Source: Octopus sinensis (Eukaryota). Taken from it: a stretch of 64,000 bases of DNA. Shown here in pieces: positions 35,937 through 48,698 of the stretch; positions within the stretch are counted from its first letter, which is position 1; each line of letters starts with the position of its first letter. Made by a program: the position numbers and the translations under genes. The DNA lies in the NCBI RefSeq assembly GCF_006345805.1, contig NC_043007.1, forward strand, positions 14,384,001 to 14,448,000. Reading direction: 5' to 3'. The notes under the pieces were generated by a model, which did not search any database, was not told the origin of the DNA, and saw nothing but the letters and a program-made list of their open reading frames with translations.

Positions 35937-37118
35937 ATGAAATCAAATGAAAATCGAGGTTGCCAAATTCCCTGTGCCGATGAGGATTTTTATTCAGATT
36001 GTAGCGATAGTGGTGGATCTTGTTATAGGACTCCATTGAACACTCCAAGAAATCAACACTCTCAGATTCGAAGACAGCCGTCTAGTGACCTTAATTTAGT
36101 CAGTATGCAGTGTTGTGACGATAGCTGCTGTTGTTGTGTTGCTACACAGAGGGACAGGATGATATTGAGTCCAAAGTATTTCCATTCCCAAATCAGTGTT
36201 AAAGAATTAGTAAAATATTTTAACTGTCTTCAAAACCGAGATAGCAATATCCAGACGCTGACTGGAAGATTTTCCAACAGAACCATGCATTCTCCAAATC
36301 CTTCAAATTGGAATACATATACACGGAATAGTAATCTAACCAGGGAATGTTACAAAATTCAGGGTAACTGTGGTGTTGGTAACGAAGCCGGAATAAATCT
36401 TTCAGAAAATGTGAAAGCCGATGAAGATCGGTTTCGAAATGTTTGTGTCGTTCGCCGAAAGAAGAAACCTCCCAGACAACACGGAATTCAAAGGACAGAT
36501 GTAGCTACTGCCGATCTTAACCAAAAGAAACAATGTTATGACTGTTCACCTACCAAAGGTGAATGCACCATGCAAGGGACCGAAATATTTGATACAAACA
36601 ACGATGATACTTTATTGTGCAAAAATAATACTACGGCCGATGTTAGCAACTGCAAGGTTTCATCGGTTACGGGGGGAAGCAATACCAAGTTGTCCTCCAC
36701 CGAAGATCGTTATGTTAGTAAAGAAAAGCGCCGTGTATGGGGTCCTTCTGGTGCACGGTTGAGAAACGTCAAAAACCTTTCTAATGTCGAATGCAACGAT
36801 ACGATTTTCAGTTGGAGAAACAGCAAACATAAAACCTACAATGACAACAATCCCAAAACTGACAAAGAATCACGAGATAGCAAAGAGTTGATACCATCGT
36901 CAGGAAGCTCGGTGATGTGCGCCTCAAACGGGAAATACTCCAGCGATAAACCACACCTAGCGTTACCCAAGAAACACCACCGTTCCAAAACCATGTCTAT
37001 AGTTGTGGACATCAACTTCGGTCACTCAGGTGAACGCCTTGGATCAATTCCAATGCATTTCAATGCCGATCGGAAGAGGAATGTCTTGAAACAGTCCATC
37101 TCTATCCCGTTCATCTAA
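35937..37118 (+). CDS. intronless 393-aa S/N/K/C-rich protein of unknown function (probably largely disordered)
   Basis: 1182-bp stop-free ORF in AT-rich DNA; no TE motif or repeat periodicity; TATATAAA at about 35856 and AATAAA at about 37346 and 37389. Confidence 0.7.
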   Translation: MKSNENRGCQIPCADEDFYSDCSDSGGSCYRTPLNTPRNQHSQIRRQPSSDLNLVSMQCCDDSCCCCVATQRDRMILSPKYFHSQISVKELVKYFNCLQNRDSNIQTLTGRFSNRTMHSPNPSNWNTYTRNSNLTRECYKIQGNCGVGNEAGINLSENVKADEDRFRNVCVVRRKKKPPRQHGIQRTDVATADLNQKKQCYDCSPTKGECTMQGTEIFDTNNDDTLLCKNNTTADVSNCKVSSVTGGSNTKLSSTEDRYVSKEKRRVWGPSGARLRNVKNLSNVECNDTIFSWRNSKHKTYNDNNPKTDKESRDSKELIPSSGSSVMCASNGKYSSDKPHLALPKKHHRSKTMSIVVDINFGHSGERLGSIPMHFNADRKRNVLKQSISIPFI

Positions 37119-38380
37119 GACAAATATCGTTTTGGATTGAAAAGACAGTACTAATAATTTTCTGTCGCTTGACAATCTGACCAGAACCAGGACAATTTAC
37201 AAACTTTGGATTGTTATTATTCTAAAAGATGTGCTGCTATAGTATTACTCAGCCCAGCCTCCTCCTTGCAAAAGCCTTTTGCTGTCGTAAAGGTTAGAAG
37301 CGATAAGTGGAGATGAAAAAAGTAAGGTCGATCAAACTGTCGCTAATAAAATAATGTTTTTGATTCTAAAATTTTTGCTGCATCACGAAATAAAATTGTC
37401 TATTTTATTTGTATTGCAGTCACTACATGTTCTTTGATAATTAGAACCAGCACTCTTCTAGAAATAATTGTTTAAGTGAGAATGTTTTTTTTTTTTATAG
37501 CCACTTCTTATTTTTTTCTGTTATGGGTTAAACAAAAAGAAAAAAAAGTTACTGATTTCTGTAAATTGTCTTTTTATTGAGAAAAAATTTTTTTTTCTAA
37601 TTAGCTTTTTAAAATTAGTAACTAGTTAGAGTTTATAGGATACTCTAGAAAAGTTCCAAGGGCACCGTGGAAAAAAAAATCTGAAAATTCCCAGTCAAAA
37701 CGGAGAAATTCCAAAAGTCGATCGGAGAAGGTTAAAAAAAAACACATCATTTTCGCAAATTTGTTTTGCTATAAAAAAAAAAATACAGTCCAGAGCATTT
37801 CCAAGGGCACTGTGAAAAAAAAAAAAAATCCGAAAAATCTCCGTCAAAACGGAATGGCGACATTTTCGCAAATTTTTTGAGCATTTCCAAGGGTACTGTG
37901 AAAAAGGAAAGACTGAAAAATCTCAGTCAAAATGAAGAATTTCCAACTTGTTGGTGCTTCCTGATTCCAACGTACGCCAAAATTTTTTGGAAAAGATAAG
38001 GAAAAAAAAAAAAGGAAAGATTGGGCTGGGATAGGGGTGGTTGTTATTTGATGCGTCGGCCTGGACACTGTCGTGTCAATGTTACCACAACCAGTTTGGG
38101 ATCATAAACAGAAAGAATTCTCTAGCCTCGGGCCGACCAAAGTCTAAAGAGTGGATTTGGTAGACGGAAATTGTAAGAAGCCCCCCCCCCCTCGCTTTAA
38201 ATATATATATATATATATAATATTATATATATATATATATATATATACCTTTGGATATCATTGTTGCTTATTTTGATTATAATCACCCCATTTGATTTAT
38301 ATGGATAATACCATAACAAATTCTGGTACCTTTAACTTAAGTACCATATTCAACTGAATCTCAATTTTTACTGAACTTAT

Positions 38381-38446
<66 letters not shown>

Positions 38447-39116
38447 ATAATCACCAGTAGTTCACATATCCGGAAGAGAAGCAATCTTAAAACTTTAAAA
38501 CTATACACGGGGACGGGGGCAAAATTAGTAACCGAGGTAAAAACTTCTAACTTCTCGTTATTTTCTCCCAACCTGTTTGAAATCATTACACTGTAGTAAG
38601 TATAGCAACATCATTTTTGTACTGTTGCATTATCTTTAGGAGTAAAAAATTGTTCAAGTTGAGAGTCCGAAACAAGGTGACCCGATTGTATTTGAGGTTG
38701 ATAATAAAATACCCAGATAATTTTGGTGTTTAACAATCAATATTCTTTTCTCTGTTGGATTTCAAGTCAATTTGTTTCTCGCACTAATGTTTAATTTGAT
38801 CATTTTCAAGTTTCAAAAAATGAGGTCTAAAATCGGGTAAAATCGAGTAATAATTAATTTCAGTAAATATATCACGAAAAGAGACACCCCAGAAGATTGT
38901 GAAGCTGTAGAGAATATTTTATGTGGATTTTTAAAGAATTTTAGTCGAGTTTCGTTAATTTCATATCATATACCATTCATTTTTCCTTTACTCATTTTGC
39001 CCCATCCAAATTTGTTGGACATAATTTGCCCCATCCAAATTTGTTGGACATAATTTTCTGAAATAATGATCAAATTATGTTGGAAAAACCATTTGCTTAG
39101 CTGGTATAGTTTTTTG

Positions 39117-39426
39117 GGTACTACTTAAGAACAGTGGTCCCGGTGCGCGTACTCGCGCATCCGCGCTAGCTAGTCATGACTAGTCGATCCTTACTTTGTC
39201 TTTTTGTGTTATTTACTTTACTCTTTTACTTGTTTCAGTCATTTGACTGCGGCCATGCTGGAGCACCGCCTTTAATCGAGCAAATCGACCCCGGGACTTA
39301 TTCTTTGTAAGCCCAGTACTTATTCTATCGGTCGCTTTTTGCCGAACCGCTAAGTGACGGGGACATAAACACACCAGCATCGGTTGTCAAGCAATGCTAG
39401 GGGGACAAACACAGACACACACACGC

Positions 39427-39474
<48 letters not shown>

Positions 39475-39719
39475 CGACGGGCTTCTTTCAGTTTCCGTCT
39501 ACCAAATCCACTCACAAGCTTTGGTCTTTAAAAATATTATTTACTTTGTGTTTTTGTGTTTTATTTTGTTTAACAAAAATTATTTACTTTGTGTAAAAAA
39601 ATTATTTATTTTGTGTTTTATTTACTTTGCTAGGTTGTCGTTGTAGGATCGACTAGTCACGACTAGCTAGCGCGACTACGCGAGTGCGCGCACCGGGACC
39701 ACTGTTCTCAAGTAGTACC
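39117..39719. mobile_element. Merlin-like non-autonomous DNA transposon containing a truncated family A SINE
   Basis: About 75-bp TIRs starting GGTACTACTT (fits GGNRM); perfect 9-bp TSD AGTTTTTTG (39108-39116, 39720-39728). Confidence 0.75.
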
Positions 39720-39855
39720 AGTTTTTTGCAAAAAATATATTTTGTCTCAAAAGTCAAAAATGCAGTAAAAACATCTCATTTTGCCCAAAAATATATTTGT
39801 AGAAGGTTCACTGCTATGGTCTCTCTGATCGGCCACAATAGTCAAACTTCTAATA

Positions 39856-40058
39856 CAGAGTGGCCCCCCAAAATAGGTTTACAGTTATCACGTCGGCACT
39901 TTAAATTTCTCTCTTATAAACTGAAAAGGGAGCTTGACAAAATTAAACTAAATTAGCATAGAATAATGATTTCATATTTTTTTTATATAATTAAGTATTA
40001 TTACATGAATGCGAAAGAGATGGTTGAATAACTGTAAACCTACTTCTGGGCCACCCTG
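39856..40058. mobile_element. Tc1/mariner-type MITE
   Basis: TA|CAGAGTGGCCCCCAAAAATAGGTTTACAGTTAT ... ATAACTGTAAACCTACTTCTGGGCCACCCTG|TA. Confidence 0.8.
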
Positions 40059-40579
40059 TATAAATATGTCTGTGTGCGTCTGTGTATTTGTTAAACCAAC
40101 ACCGCATGACAACCGATGTTGGTTTGTTTACGTCCCCGTGCCTTAGTGGTTCGGCAAAAAGACACCGATAAAATAAGTAGCAGGCTTTAAAAAAAAAATA
40201 GATAAGTACTGGGATCGATTTGTTTGACTAAACCCCTTCAAGGCGGTGTCCCAGCATGGCTTCGGTCTAATGACTTGAAGGGTTAGTCGAGCAGATCGAG
40301 CCCAGAACTTATTTTAAAGCCTGGTATTTATTGTATCAGACTTCATGAGTCGAACTGCTAAGTTACGAGGATGTAAACAAACCACTACTGGTTGTCAAGC
40401 GGTGGTGGTGGGCAAAGATACACAGATAAACATACATTTATACGACTACCAAATCCATTCACAAGGCATCGGTTGACTCGGGGCTGTAGTTGAAGATACG
40501 TGCCTGCCCAAAATGGGAATGAAGCTTGCGCGATTATGTAAAGTGCGCGTATGTCAACACCTTTCGATTACATTTTCCG

Positions 40580-41916
40580 GGGCTAATGCAGTTTCGCACC
40601 TCTCCTTGAAAAATGCATTATTTTGAAAAAAAAAAAAAAATTTCAGATTCCTACGTTTTAAACGTTGGAGATTACGAATATGCAAAAAAAAACAAAAACA
40701 ATTTTAAAAATTTCACCCCTCCCCCCACACACCCCTCTTTCCCCGCCCCAAATTAAAATTTTTAATTTTGTTTACTTTAAAGAGATCGTAGGGCAATCTT
40801 TCGTCTCTAGTAGACCTTTCCGTCGATTTCCGTAAATTTTTTTTTTTTTTTTTTTACATATGGGCTTGCGGGAACTTTTGAAGTAATGAGAGCGAAAGAG
40901 ACTAAGAGAAAGTCATTTTATGACGAGGGAAGTTCTTTTGAAGTTACCGTGCATGGCAAGCATTGATGTACATGTGTGTGTGTTTGATGGGGTGTGGGAG
41001 ACAGACAGTATGTTGTGTAAGTGAAGTGCTTCTCTGTTAGTGTGTGTGAAGAGACAGAGTAATGTGTGAAAGAAAGAGATAACTGAAATTTTTTATTCGG
41101 TGTATGTGTAGATGTATGTATATTACTTCAAAAGTTCCCGCAAGCCCATATGTAAAAAAAATATTTTTTTTTACGGAAATCGACGGAAAGGTCTACTAGA
41201 GACGAAAGATTGCCAAAAAACAAAAACAATTTTTAAATTTCACCCCCTCTTTCCCCCGCCCCAAATTAAAATTTTTAATTTTGTTTACTTTAAAGAGATC
41301 ATAGCGAATGGACGAACATATGCAAATCGAAATTAAATACAAACAAAAACATTAAAGTGAAAAGAATTTGCATTTTTCTTGTGTTTTCCTTAAATAATCG
41401 TAATCAAGCATTAATATTTAATAATTAATGTTATAAAGTTTAATAAGGGGCTCAAATTTCACCCCTCCCCCAATTTTAAATTTTGAACTTTTTCATCCAT
41501 TTATTTATTTGTCTGCCTGTCTATTTATCCCTATCTGTTTATTCGTAAAAATATATTTGTCAACTAAATGTGGCAGTCCTATAGAAGACGGGGTTGTTTT
41601 TAGCCCCAGGAAGAACACATTCACATCTATCTATCTCTTTATACACCTGTCTGATATGCTTATTGAATTTAAAAGTTTCAAAACGTGGTTTCTTGCATAT
41701 CAGGAATCTCCGTCATCTAAAACGGAAAAAAAAAAAAAATTCGAAAAAGTTCAAAATTTTAAATGGGAAGGGTGGGGGTTAATTTTTTTTTTGCATATTC
41801 GTAATCTCCGACATCTAAAACGTAAGGAATCTGAAAAAAATTTGGATCTTTTCCTAAAATTTTTCCAAAAAAATGCATTTTTCAAGGAAAGGTGCGAAAC
41901 TGCATTAGCCTCCCCT
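40580..41916. mobile_element. large non-autonomous TIR element with a nested MITE
   Basis: GGCTAATGCAGTTTCGCACC / GGTGCGAAACTGCATTAGCC and further imperfect inverted arms; flanking 8-bp ATTTTCCG repeat. Confidence 0.65.
40792..41214. mobile_element. MITE with about 95-bp TIRs (GGCAA termini)
   Basis: GGCAATCTTTCGTCTCTAGTAGACCTTTCCGTCGATTTCCGTAA / TTACGGAAATCGACGGAAAGGTCTACTAGAGACGAAAGATTGCC. Confidence 0.8.
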
Positions 41917-42230
41917 ATTTTCCGTATCCTCCCACCACTTTCGGTTATCTTTTTATCGATTTATTAAACAAAATTAATATAATTATGGCGAAGTTAATAA
42001 CACCTTTTTACTTAATAGTTTATCTAATTTTTTTCTTTTCGTATTAAATTAAAAAAAAAGTTTTTTTGTTTTTGTTTTAGCATAAACTTAGCGAGATGTA
42101 TTAAGACATCTAGGGTCAAACGTGGGATTCAACTCTATATTGACCTTAAACAATTCATTCTGCTTATTATGGCTCCAGTAAATTATAATAAGCAATCAAC
42201 TGAGATTTTTAGTTCAATGAGAAATACAAT

Positions 42231-42262
42231 AGACTAGTTTATTTGTACAAATAAACTAGTCT
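42231..42262. repeat. perfect 32-bp palindrome
   Basis: AGACTAGTTTATTTGT|ACAAATAAACTAGTCT. Confidence 0.95.
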
Positions 42263-42354
42263 GAACGAGCTGCCGGACTTGCTGGGACATGTCCAGTTCT
42301 GTTTGTCTGACCAACTTCTCTTTATTGTTTGTCAATGTTGTTGTTGTTGTTTAG

Positions 42355-42449
42355 ATGAAGAGAAAGAGACACCAGCGCACTTGATGTTGTGACTACTGAC
42401 TTCCATCGACTTTTAAAACAAACAGGAGGAGCACAACTGGAGGATCCAG
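42355..42449 (+). other. candidate non-coding 5' exon of CEP128
   Basis: Acceptor after (GTT)n TTAG, donor CAG|GTACAA, exon-like composition, stops near the start in all frames. Confidence 0.4.
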
Positions 42450-42835
42450 GTACAATCTCCGATATTTATCTATCCACCCGTGATGGGGTTTTTTTTTTTT
42501 ACTTTTGTTGTCAACGTGTTATTTATCTTTGTCGATAAAAATCACACCAGTTGTGTCTATAGCAACAAGGTTCCACTCACAACACACATTCATTCATACA
42601 TGCATATAAATATATTCCTGTTTGCAAAAAAATTTCCGATATATATATATATATATACACACACACGCTCATCAACATCAATTTTCTTTATTAAAGAAGT
42701 CCCATAGCATCATTTCGACGTCAAATGAAATACAACTGGTGTATTTATATCATTTTTTAATTCATGGTTGCTGCCTTGTTTTTGGAACTTCTAGGCAACT
42801 TTACCAATAATTAATGCATACATAGGTTATATATA

Positions 42836-42892
<57 letters not shown>

Positions 42893-43529
42893 AATATAAA
42901 TACAGTTCAGTCGTTCTTACTGTTCACAACAAATTTTATTACACTGTTATAAACTGTTGTTTCTTTTGAGATGAACTACCTGTTGTTATTGCTATTTAGC
43001 CCCAGGTAAGCCCCGTTGCCTAGTGTGGAGTACATACGAATCTACAGCCTAAATGTCTTGCTATTAATAAATAATGTATGTGCGTGTGTGTATGTGTTCT
43101 AATAAAAACAGTTTTATATTAAATAAAAAAACAGTTTTACATTAAATTGAAGTCAAGACTATTGAAAAGGTTGCAAGACGCAACGAAATTTTTGGAGAAT
43201 AAAAATAAGAAATAAGTGGAAATTTTACTGGTGAGTGTGTTACATTATAAGGCACAAAAAGAAAATGACTTTCCCCAGACATAACAGAATATGCTTCAAC
43301 ACACGAACTCATATAAAGAATCTTGCAAACCAAATCCAAAAACGAAATATTAAATTGAAAGATTACTCAATACATTTGGTAGAGTACACATTATTCTTCA
43401 ACAAGAGTAGTATTGATAGTGACTTTGAAGTTCTGGCCAGTTAAACCACTTAAATGAATTATAGTCCGATGATAGCTTAGTTGGCCTAAACTTCGAAGTT
43501 ACTGTCAGTATTATTCTTGTTAATACTGA

Positions 43530-43930
43530 AAGAGCTCAGGAGAAGGACAGAAAGATGAGATAGAAGGAAAGAAAAGAATGAAAAGGGAAAAGATAAACTG
43601 GGGGTCTGAAGTGAATGGCTAGGCAGGAGATGAAACAAAATACAAAAAACTGGTCAGTAGAAAAAAGATGAGGGATGAAAAATTGGATGGTTTTTTTGGT
43701 ACCAAAAAGTGAAGAAAAAGAGACAGAATGGAGTAGAGAAGATTGGGGAAGAGCAAGTAGGAAGAAAGAGGAAATGTGGAGAAAAAGGGAACAAAGATAG
43801 AGAGTAGGTAGTTGACAGAAATGGAAGGTAGTAAAGAGAGAAAAGTAGCAAATAGAAATAGATGGAGGAGGTTTTGTGCACAAGAGGGGAGAAGAGAAGG
43901 ATAGAGAAATGGATAGAAAAGAGAAAAATC
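43530..43930. repeat. purine-rich low-complexity tract
   Basis: GA-rich sequence; the ORFs listed here are composition artefacts. Confidence 0.7.
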
Positions 43931-44167
43931 TCCAATTATTGAACATTGTGTGGGGTGTCGCTGAGTGGGATGTGTGACATTTCATTGACTAATAACCATA
44001 AAATGTTGCACACAAAGTTGACACCCACCCCATATATATATATATATAGATAGATAGAACACCTAGCATTGTAGGTGTTCTAACACCCTATCATATGTAA
44101 TGACATAGTTTTCATTTTTGGTGATGATACATTTCTAAACTGCTGCCTAATTTGATTATACATATTT

Positions 44168-44554
44168 TTATATATATAAAACTAAAGTTGTCTGTGTGTG
44201 GCAGGTTTGGTAGCCTTCAACTAACACTATCACCTCTGAGACCCTGCGGCGCAAGTTGACCAAAATTGAGAGTATGATAGAAGAAGGCTTGCTCTTCCTT
44301 CCGTAGAAGAAAAAATTCAAATCGGACCATGTTAACACCAAAAATTATTTACATCAAAAAGGTGCTTTTTTTCTATGAAAATCCCTATTTTTTATGATTT
44401 TTTTTACTGCTGTGTCGCCATTTTTTTGTGTATTTCAACCAGAAAAATGTTCATTTAAAGAGAATAACAAGCTACATGCAAAATTTTTACTTTTCAAAAA
44501 TTCCAATTCTAAAGGGTTGAAACAAACCCGAGCAATGCTGGGCAATACTGCTAG
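44168..44554 (+). mobile_element. non-autonomous Helitron (family H1)
   Basis: Matches 50440-50829; 3' hairpin plus CTAG. Confidence 0.85.
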
Positions 44555-44557
44555 ATA

Positions 44558-44620
<63 letters not shown>

Positions 44621-45739
44621 CATATATATGACGATGATGATGGCTGTCCAGTCTTGACCAAGGAAGAACATCACTGACCATTGCCCAATCAAAATGCCAG
44701 CAATGCCCGTGATTGAAGTTATTGAACCTGTGGGTGAATAACTTGGAGCTGAAAGATGAAATTGGACAAGCTTAAGGAAACGATTTTTGGAACGAAATTA
44801 AATTGAAGAAGAAAAAAAAGCACCACCAAATGGATCAATGTATATATGTGGTGCTTAAGTTGAGATACACTGGAACTCACATTCCAAGGACAAAAGATAA
44901 ATTGGGTGTAATGGATAGATGCACCAGAAATGTGTTAAAGGACAGTAGATTGTCTCTCCAAGAGAATGTTGTAGACTAATATTGATGACAGTTGTTAGTG
45001 TCCGAAAAATCTTGAGAAGGAAAGAGACTGTAGATTAGGAGTTTATATTGAAACTGCCAGTACCATCCAGTATTTGCTGTTTTCATAACTTCTCAACGGC
45101 TGCAGAACTTTTCTCCTTACCTGTGCCCTTGTGTTTTTAAAGTTAGAGTCAGTCAGCTCAATCTGGTCCCAAACTTTAAACTTTGAAGTCTCACCACAGC
45201 ACCTCGACGAGCTGTGGTGACCAGCAAGCTATATGTTTTACATTGGAGTAGCCTTTCCCTAAGTGAATTGCCTTACAAGTCTGAAGAACTCCACCTACCC
45301 TGGGGTCACCAGAAAGATGTCAAAGAGGGCACCAGACCACTTGTGGGACTCCATGCTTTGATTTGCTGTTGAGGTTGACACCCCTATCCTTTTCCTTTCC
45401 CAAAGCACTCACAAAGCATTGAGGGGCTGTGCTTGGTGTTTGTTTTAAAACATGCTGTTTAACCTTTGGCTGAGAACCTGACAGATGCTACTGTTCTGAG
45501 AACAGCAGTGGCTAAGATGTGGTGCCACACTCCTCAAGAGCCTGGAACTCCCAAACCAAGACCCTGTTACTGGATGCAGTTTAAAGTCATACACATGACA
45601 CACTGTAGACAATACTTAACAATAAACATTTAAGCACAACATGTTATTTACTGTTGCAGATGCAGTTCTCAAAATGGGCCTTTGAGTGAACCAGAACAAG
45701 ACAGAAGTTGTGAGGTTGAACACCTGTTACTAGGAACCA

Positions 45740-46860
45740 ATTTGAATTGGAACTGAACTGTGTATCTAGGTAGCATCATCTCAAAGATGGGAGGAACAGA
45801 GAAGGATATGAGGCCTGGTATGCCTATCTCTTTACTACCCACAAGGGGCTAAACACAGAGAGGACAAACAAGGACAGACAAATGGATTAAGTCGATTATA
45901 TCAACCCCAGTGCATAACTGGTACTTATTTAATCGACCCTGAAAGGATGAAAGGCAAAGTCGACCTCGGCGGAATTTGAACTCAGAATGTAGCGGCAGAC
46001 GAAATACCGCTAAGCATTTCGCCCGGCGTGCTACCGTTTTTGCAAGCTCGCTGCCTTAAAAGGCCTGGTATGCCTTCAACAGTCTTTGACTGGTCTGGAA
46101 TTCCATAGCCATCTTCCTCAAATCAAAACTTTGCATCTTCAATTCCAACATCAAGGCCATTCTTCTTTATGGGTCAGAACCATATGAATTTACCAAAACC
46201 TTGAAGAGTAAGCTGGAGACTTACATCATCAAATGTCTACACGACATTCTCAAGATCTGGGGGTTGGACAAAATTTCAAATAAAAGTCTGTGGGATAGGA
46301 TAAACCAAACTCCCATCAATCAAATAATTCTGAAGAAGAAGTGGGGCTTGACCAGTCACACTATAAGTAGACCCCCAAACAGCATTGCAAGACAAGAGTT
46401 AGATTGGCAATCTGAAGGAAAGAGGAAAGTTGTGAAGCTTAAGAAGACCTGGAAATGATGCATGGAGGATGAAACAAAAGCAATCGGTCCCTCTTGGTTT
46501 GAAATCAAAGAGGTAGCCCAAGATCATGTCCACTGGCATGAAATAGTCATGGCCCTGTGCTCTGATAGTCAAGAAATTCTGAAAAGGAAATTAGGCTGAA
46601 ATTCTGAAAAGGAAATTAGGCTGAAATTCTGAAAAGGAATCAGACTTTAAGAGGGCCTCCAAGCAGCATTGACTGGCAACTTGAAGGAAAGAGGAAAGTT
46701 GGATGACTTAAGAAGACCAGGAAAGGGTGTGTGGAGGATGAAGGGAAGGCATTCAGTCTCTCTGAAATCAAGGAGGTTGCCCCAAATCATGTTCACTGGC
46801 ATAAAATGGTCACAGCCCTATGCTCCTTATGGAGTAATGTGGACTAACAAATTAAACTAA
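45740..46860 (+). mobile_element. second RTE-like LINE ORF remnant, interrupted by a SINE, with an internal duplication of its C-terminal part
   Basis: YLGSIISKMGGTEKD, KLCIFNSNIKAILLYGSE, KCLHDILKIW...ISNKSLW...IARQELDWQSEGKR; about 46404-46560 repeated at about 46671-46830. Confidence 0.8.
45826..46060 (-). mobile_element. family B SINE with a 15-bp TSD
   Basis: AGGCCTGGTATGCCT at 45811-45825 and 46061-46075. Confidence 0.9.
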
Positions 46861-46895
46861 CTAATATATATAAACATATAACATATACTCTATAT

Positions 46896-47300
46896 TCTTT
46901 TACTTGTTTCAGTCATTTGACTGTGGCCATGCTGGAGCACCACTTTTAGTCGAGCAAATTTACCCCAGGACTTATTCTTTAGAAGCCTAGTACTTATTTT
47001 GTTGATCTATTTTGCTGAACCGCTAAGTTACGGGGACATAAACACACCAACATCAGTTGTCAAGCAGTGCTAGGGGAACAAACACATAAACACACACACA
47101 CACACACATATATATATACATATATATACACATATATTCAACAGGCTTCTTTCAGTTTCCATCTACCAAATCCACTTACAAGGCATTAGTCGGCCTTAGG
47201 CTATAGTAGAAGACACTTGCCCAAGGTGCCATGCAGTGGGACTGAACCCAGAACCATGTGGCTGGTAAGCAAGCTACTTACCACACAGCCACTCCTACAC
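46896..47300 (-). mobile_element. family A SINE
   Basis: Family A match. Confidence 0.9.
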
Positions 47301-47301
47301 C

Positions 47302-47333
<32 letters not shown>

Positions 47334-48698
47334 ATATATATTATATATATAATATATATATTTATATGTACATGCATATATATTACATACATACACACAT
47401 GTGAAGGCACATGGCTCAGTGGATAGAGCATTGGACACACAATCATGAGGTAGTGAGCTCAATTCACAGACCGGGTTGTGTGTTGTGTTCTTGAGCAAGA
47501 CACTTTATTTCATGTTGCTCCAGTTCACTCAGCTGTAGAAACAAGTTGCGATGTCACTGGTGCCAAGCTGTATCGGCCCCTTCGCCTTTCCCTTGGAACA
47601 GTATACAGCAAGATCCACGATGGCGGAGTCCGATAAATATGAAGTTCTGATAGTAATCTGGCTGGAGAGGTGTTAAGGTGGTTCAGAAGAGGTACCAAAG
47701 GACTGAGAAGAAAGTAGGAGAGACGAGGGTCCAAGAGATGAAGAAATTCTCTCTGGAAGGATCAAACTGGGATAGATGTGACACAATTTGTTCTGAAGTA
47801 CAATATTCCGAAGAAAAGTAAAAAAAAAAAGGGATACTCATTATTTGAATGTTTTTGATCATAGATTAATCAGAGATGACTTAGGGCTGGACAATGATAG
47901 AAGGGGCCTCTTTTGGTCATTCAGTTTAATAGAAATAGCAACCAAATCTCCCTGAAAATTGGATATTACTTTTATTTGTTAAAAACGAAGAATGTTATAA
48001 GGAGGACATTGGATAATGTAGTCCGGGGGGTTTTTTATGTTTGAGAAAAGGTGGGATGGCTATGGCTGGAAAGCCTTTGATCATGGGTCAACCACTTTGT
48101 AGCTGGCCTTAAATTAAACAACAACAATAGCTGGACAGTAGAGAAGATACAACATTGCCACACTGCTTCACTGTGTCCCATACAATTAACCACTGCATGT
48201 CTATAAGCATTGTTGTCCCCAGGGTAGGTATACTCATTTTGAGTTGACCTAGGGCTATACAAACAAAAAGAACAACAATAACAACCTTTTAGATTCAAAA
48301 CACTGCACAGAATTTTGACTTTTCACTTGAACTGTCCACAAATCAAAACTGTTCAATATTAATTAAGTCCAACTTGTCTGTCTATGTTATAGACACTCCT
48401 AAAGCTTCAATCATGCTAAAACATACTATAGAGGAAAATTACTGGAATATGACCGTAATGATATAATGTACCATTATGAACATAAAACAGTTAAAATACT
48501 TGTGCTGGATATGGCCTGTTTAAATGCAAATGGGTTAACATGTAAATGTTCTGATTTAATGTTTAGAAGAAATGTTTCTAGTTGTCAGACTAATGAATAT
48601 TAGTTTCTTGTTTCAGCAGCTGTGCTAATTAAGTTTTAAGAATTCAATAACGATGAAGATATTATGAAACAGAAGTGAAAGGGTTGATCTGACCAAAC

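Noticed and set aside
47620-47680. ATGGCGGAGTCC (MAES...) resembling the vertebrate CEP128 start
   Set aside because: The frame stops after 18 codons with no donor, whereas the 48699 exon gives a complete in-frame model
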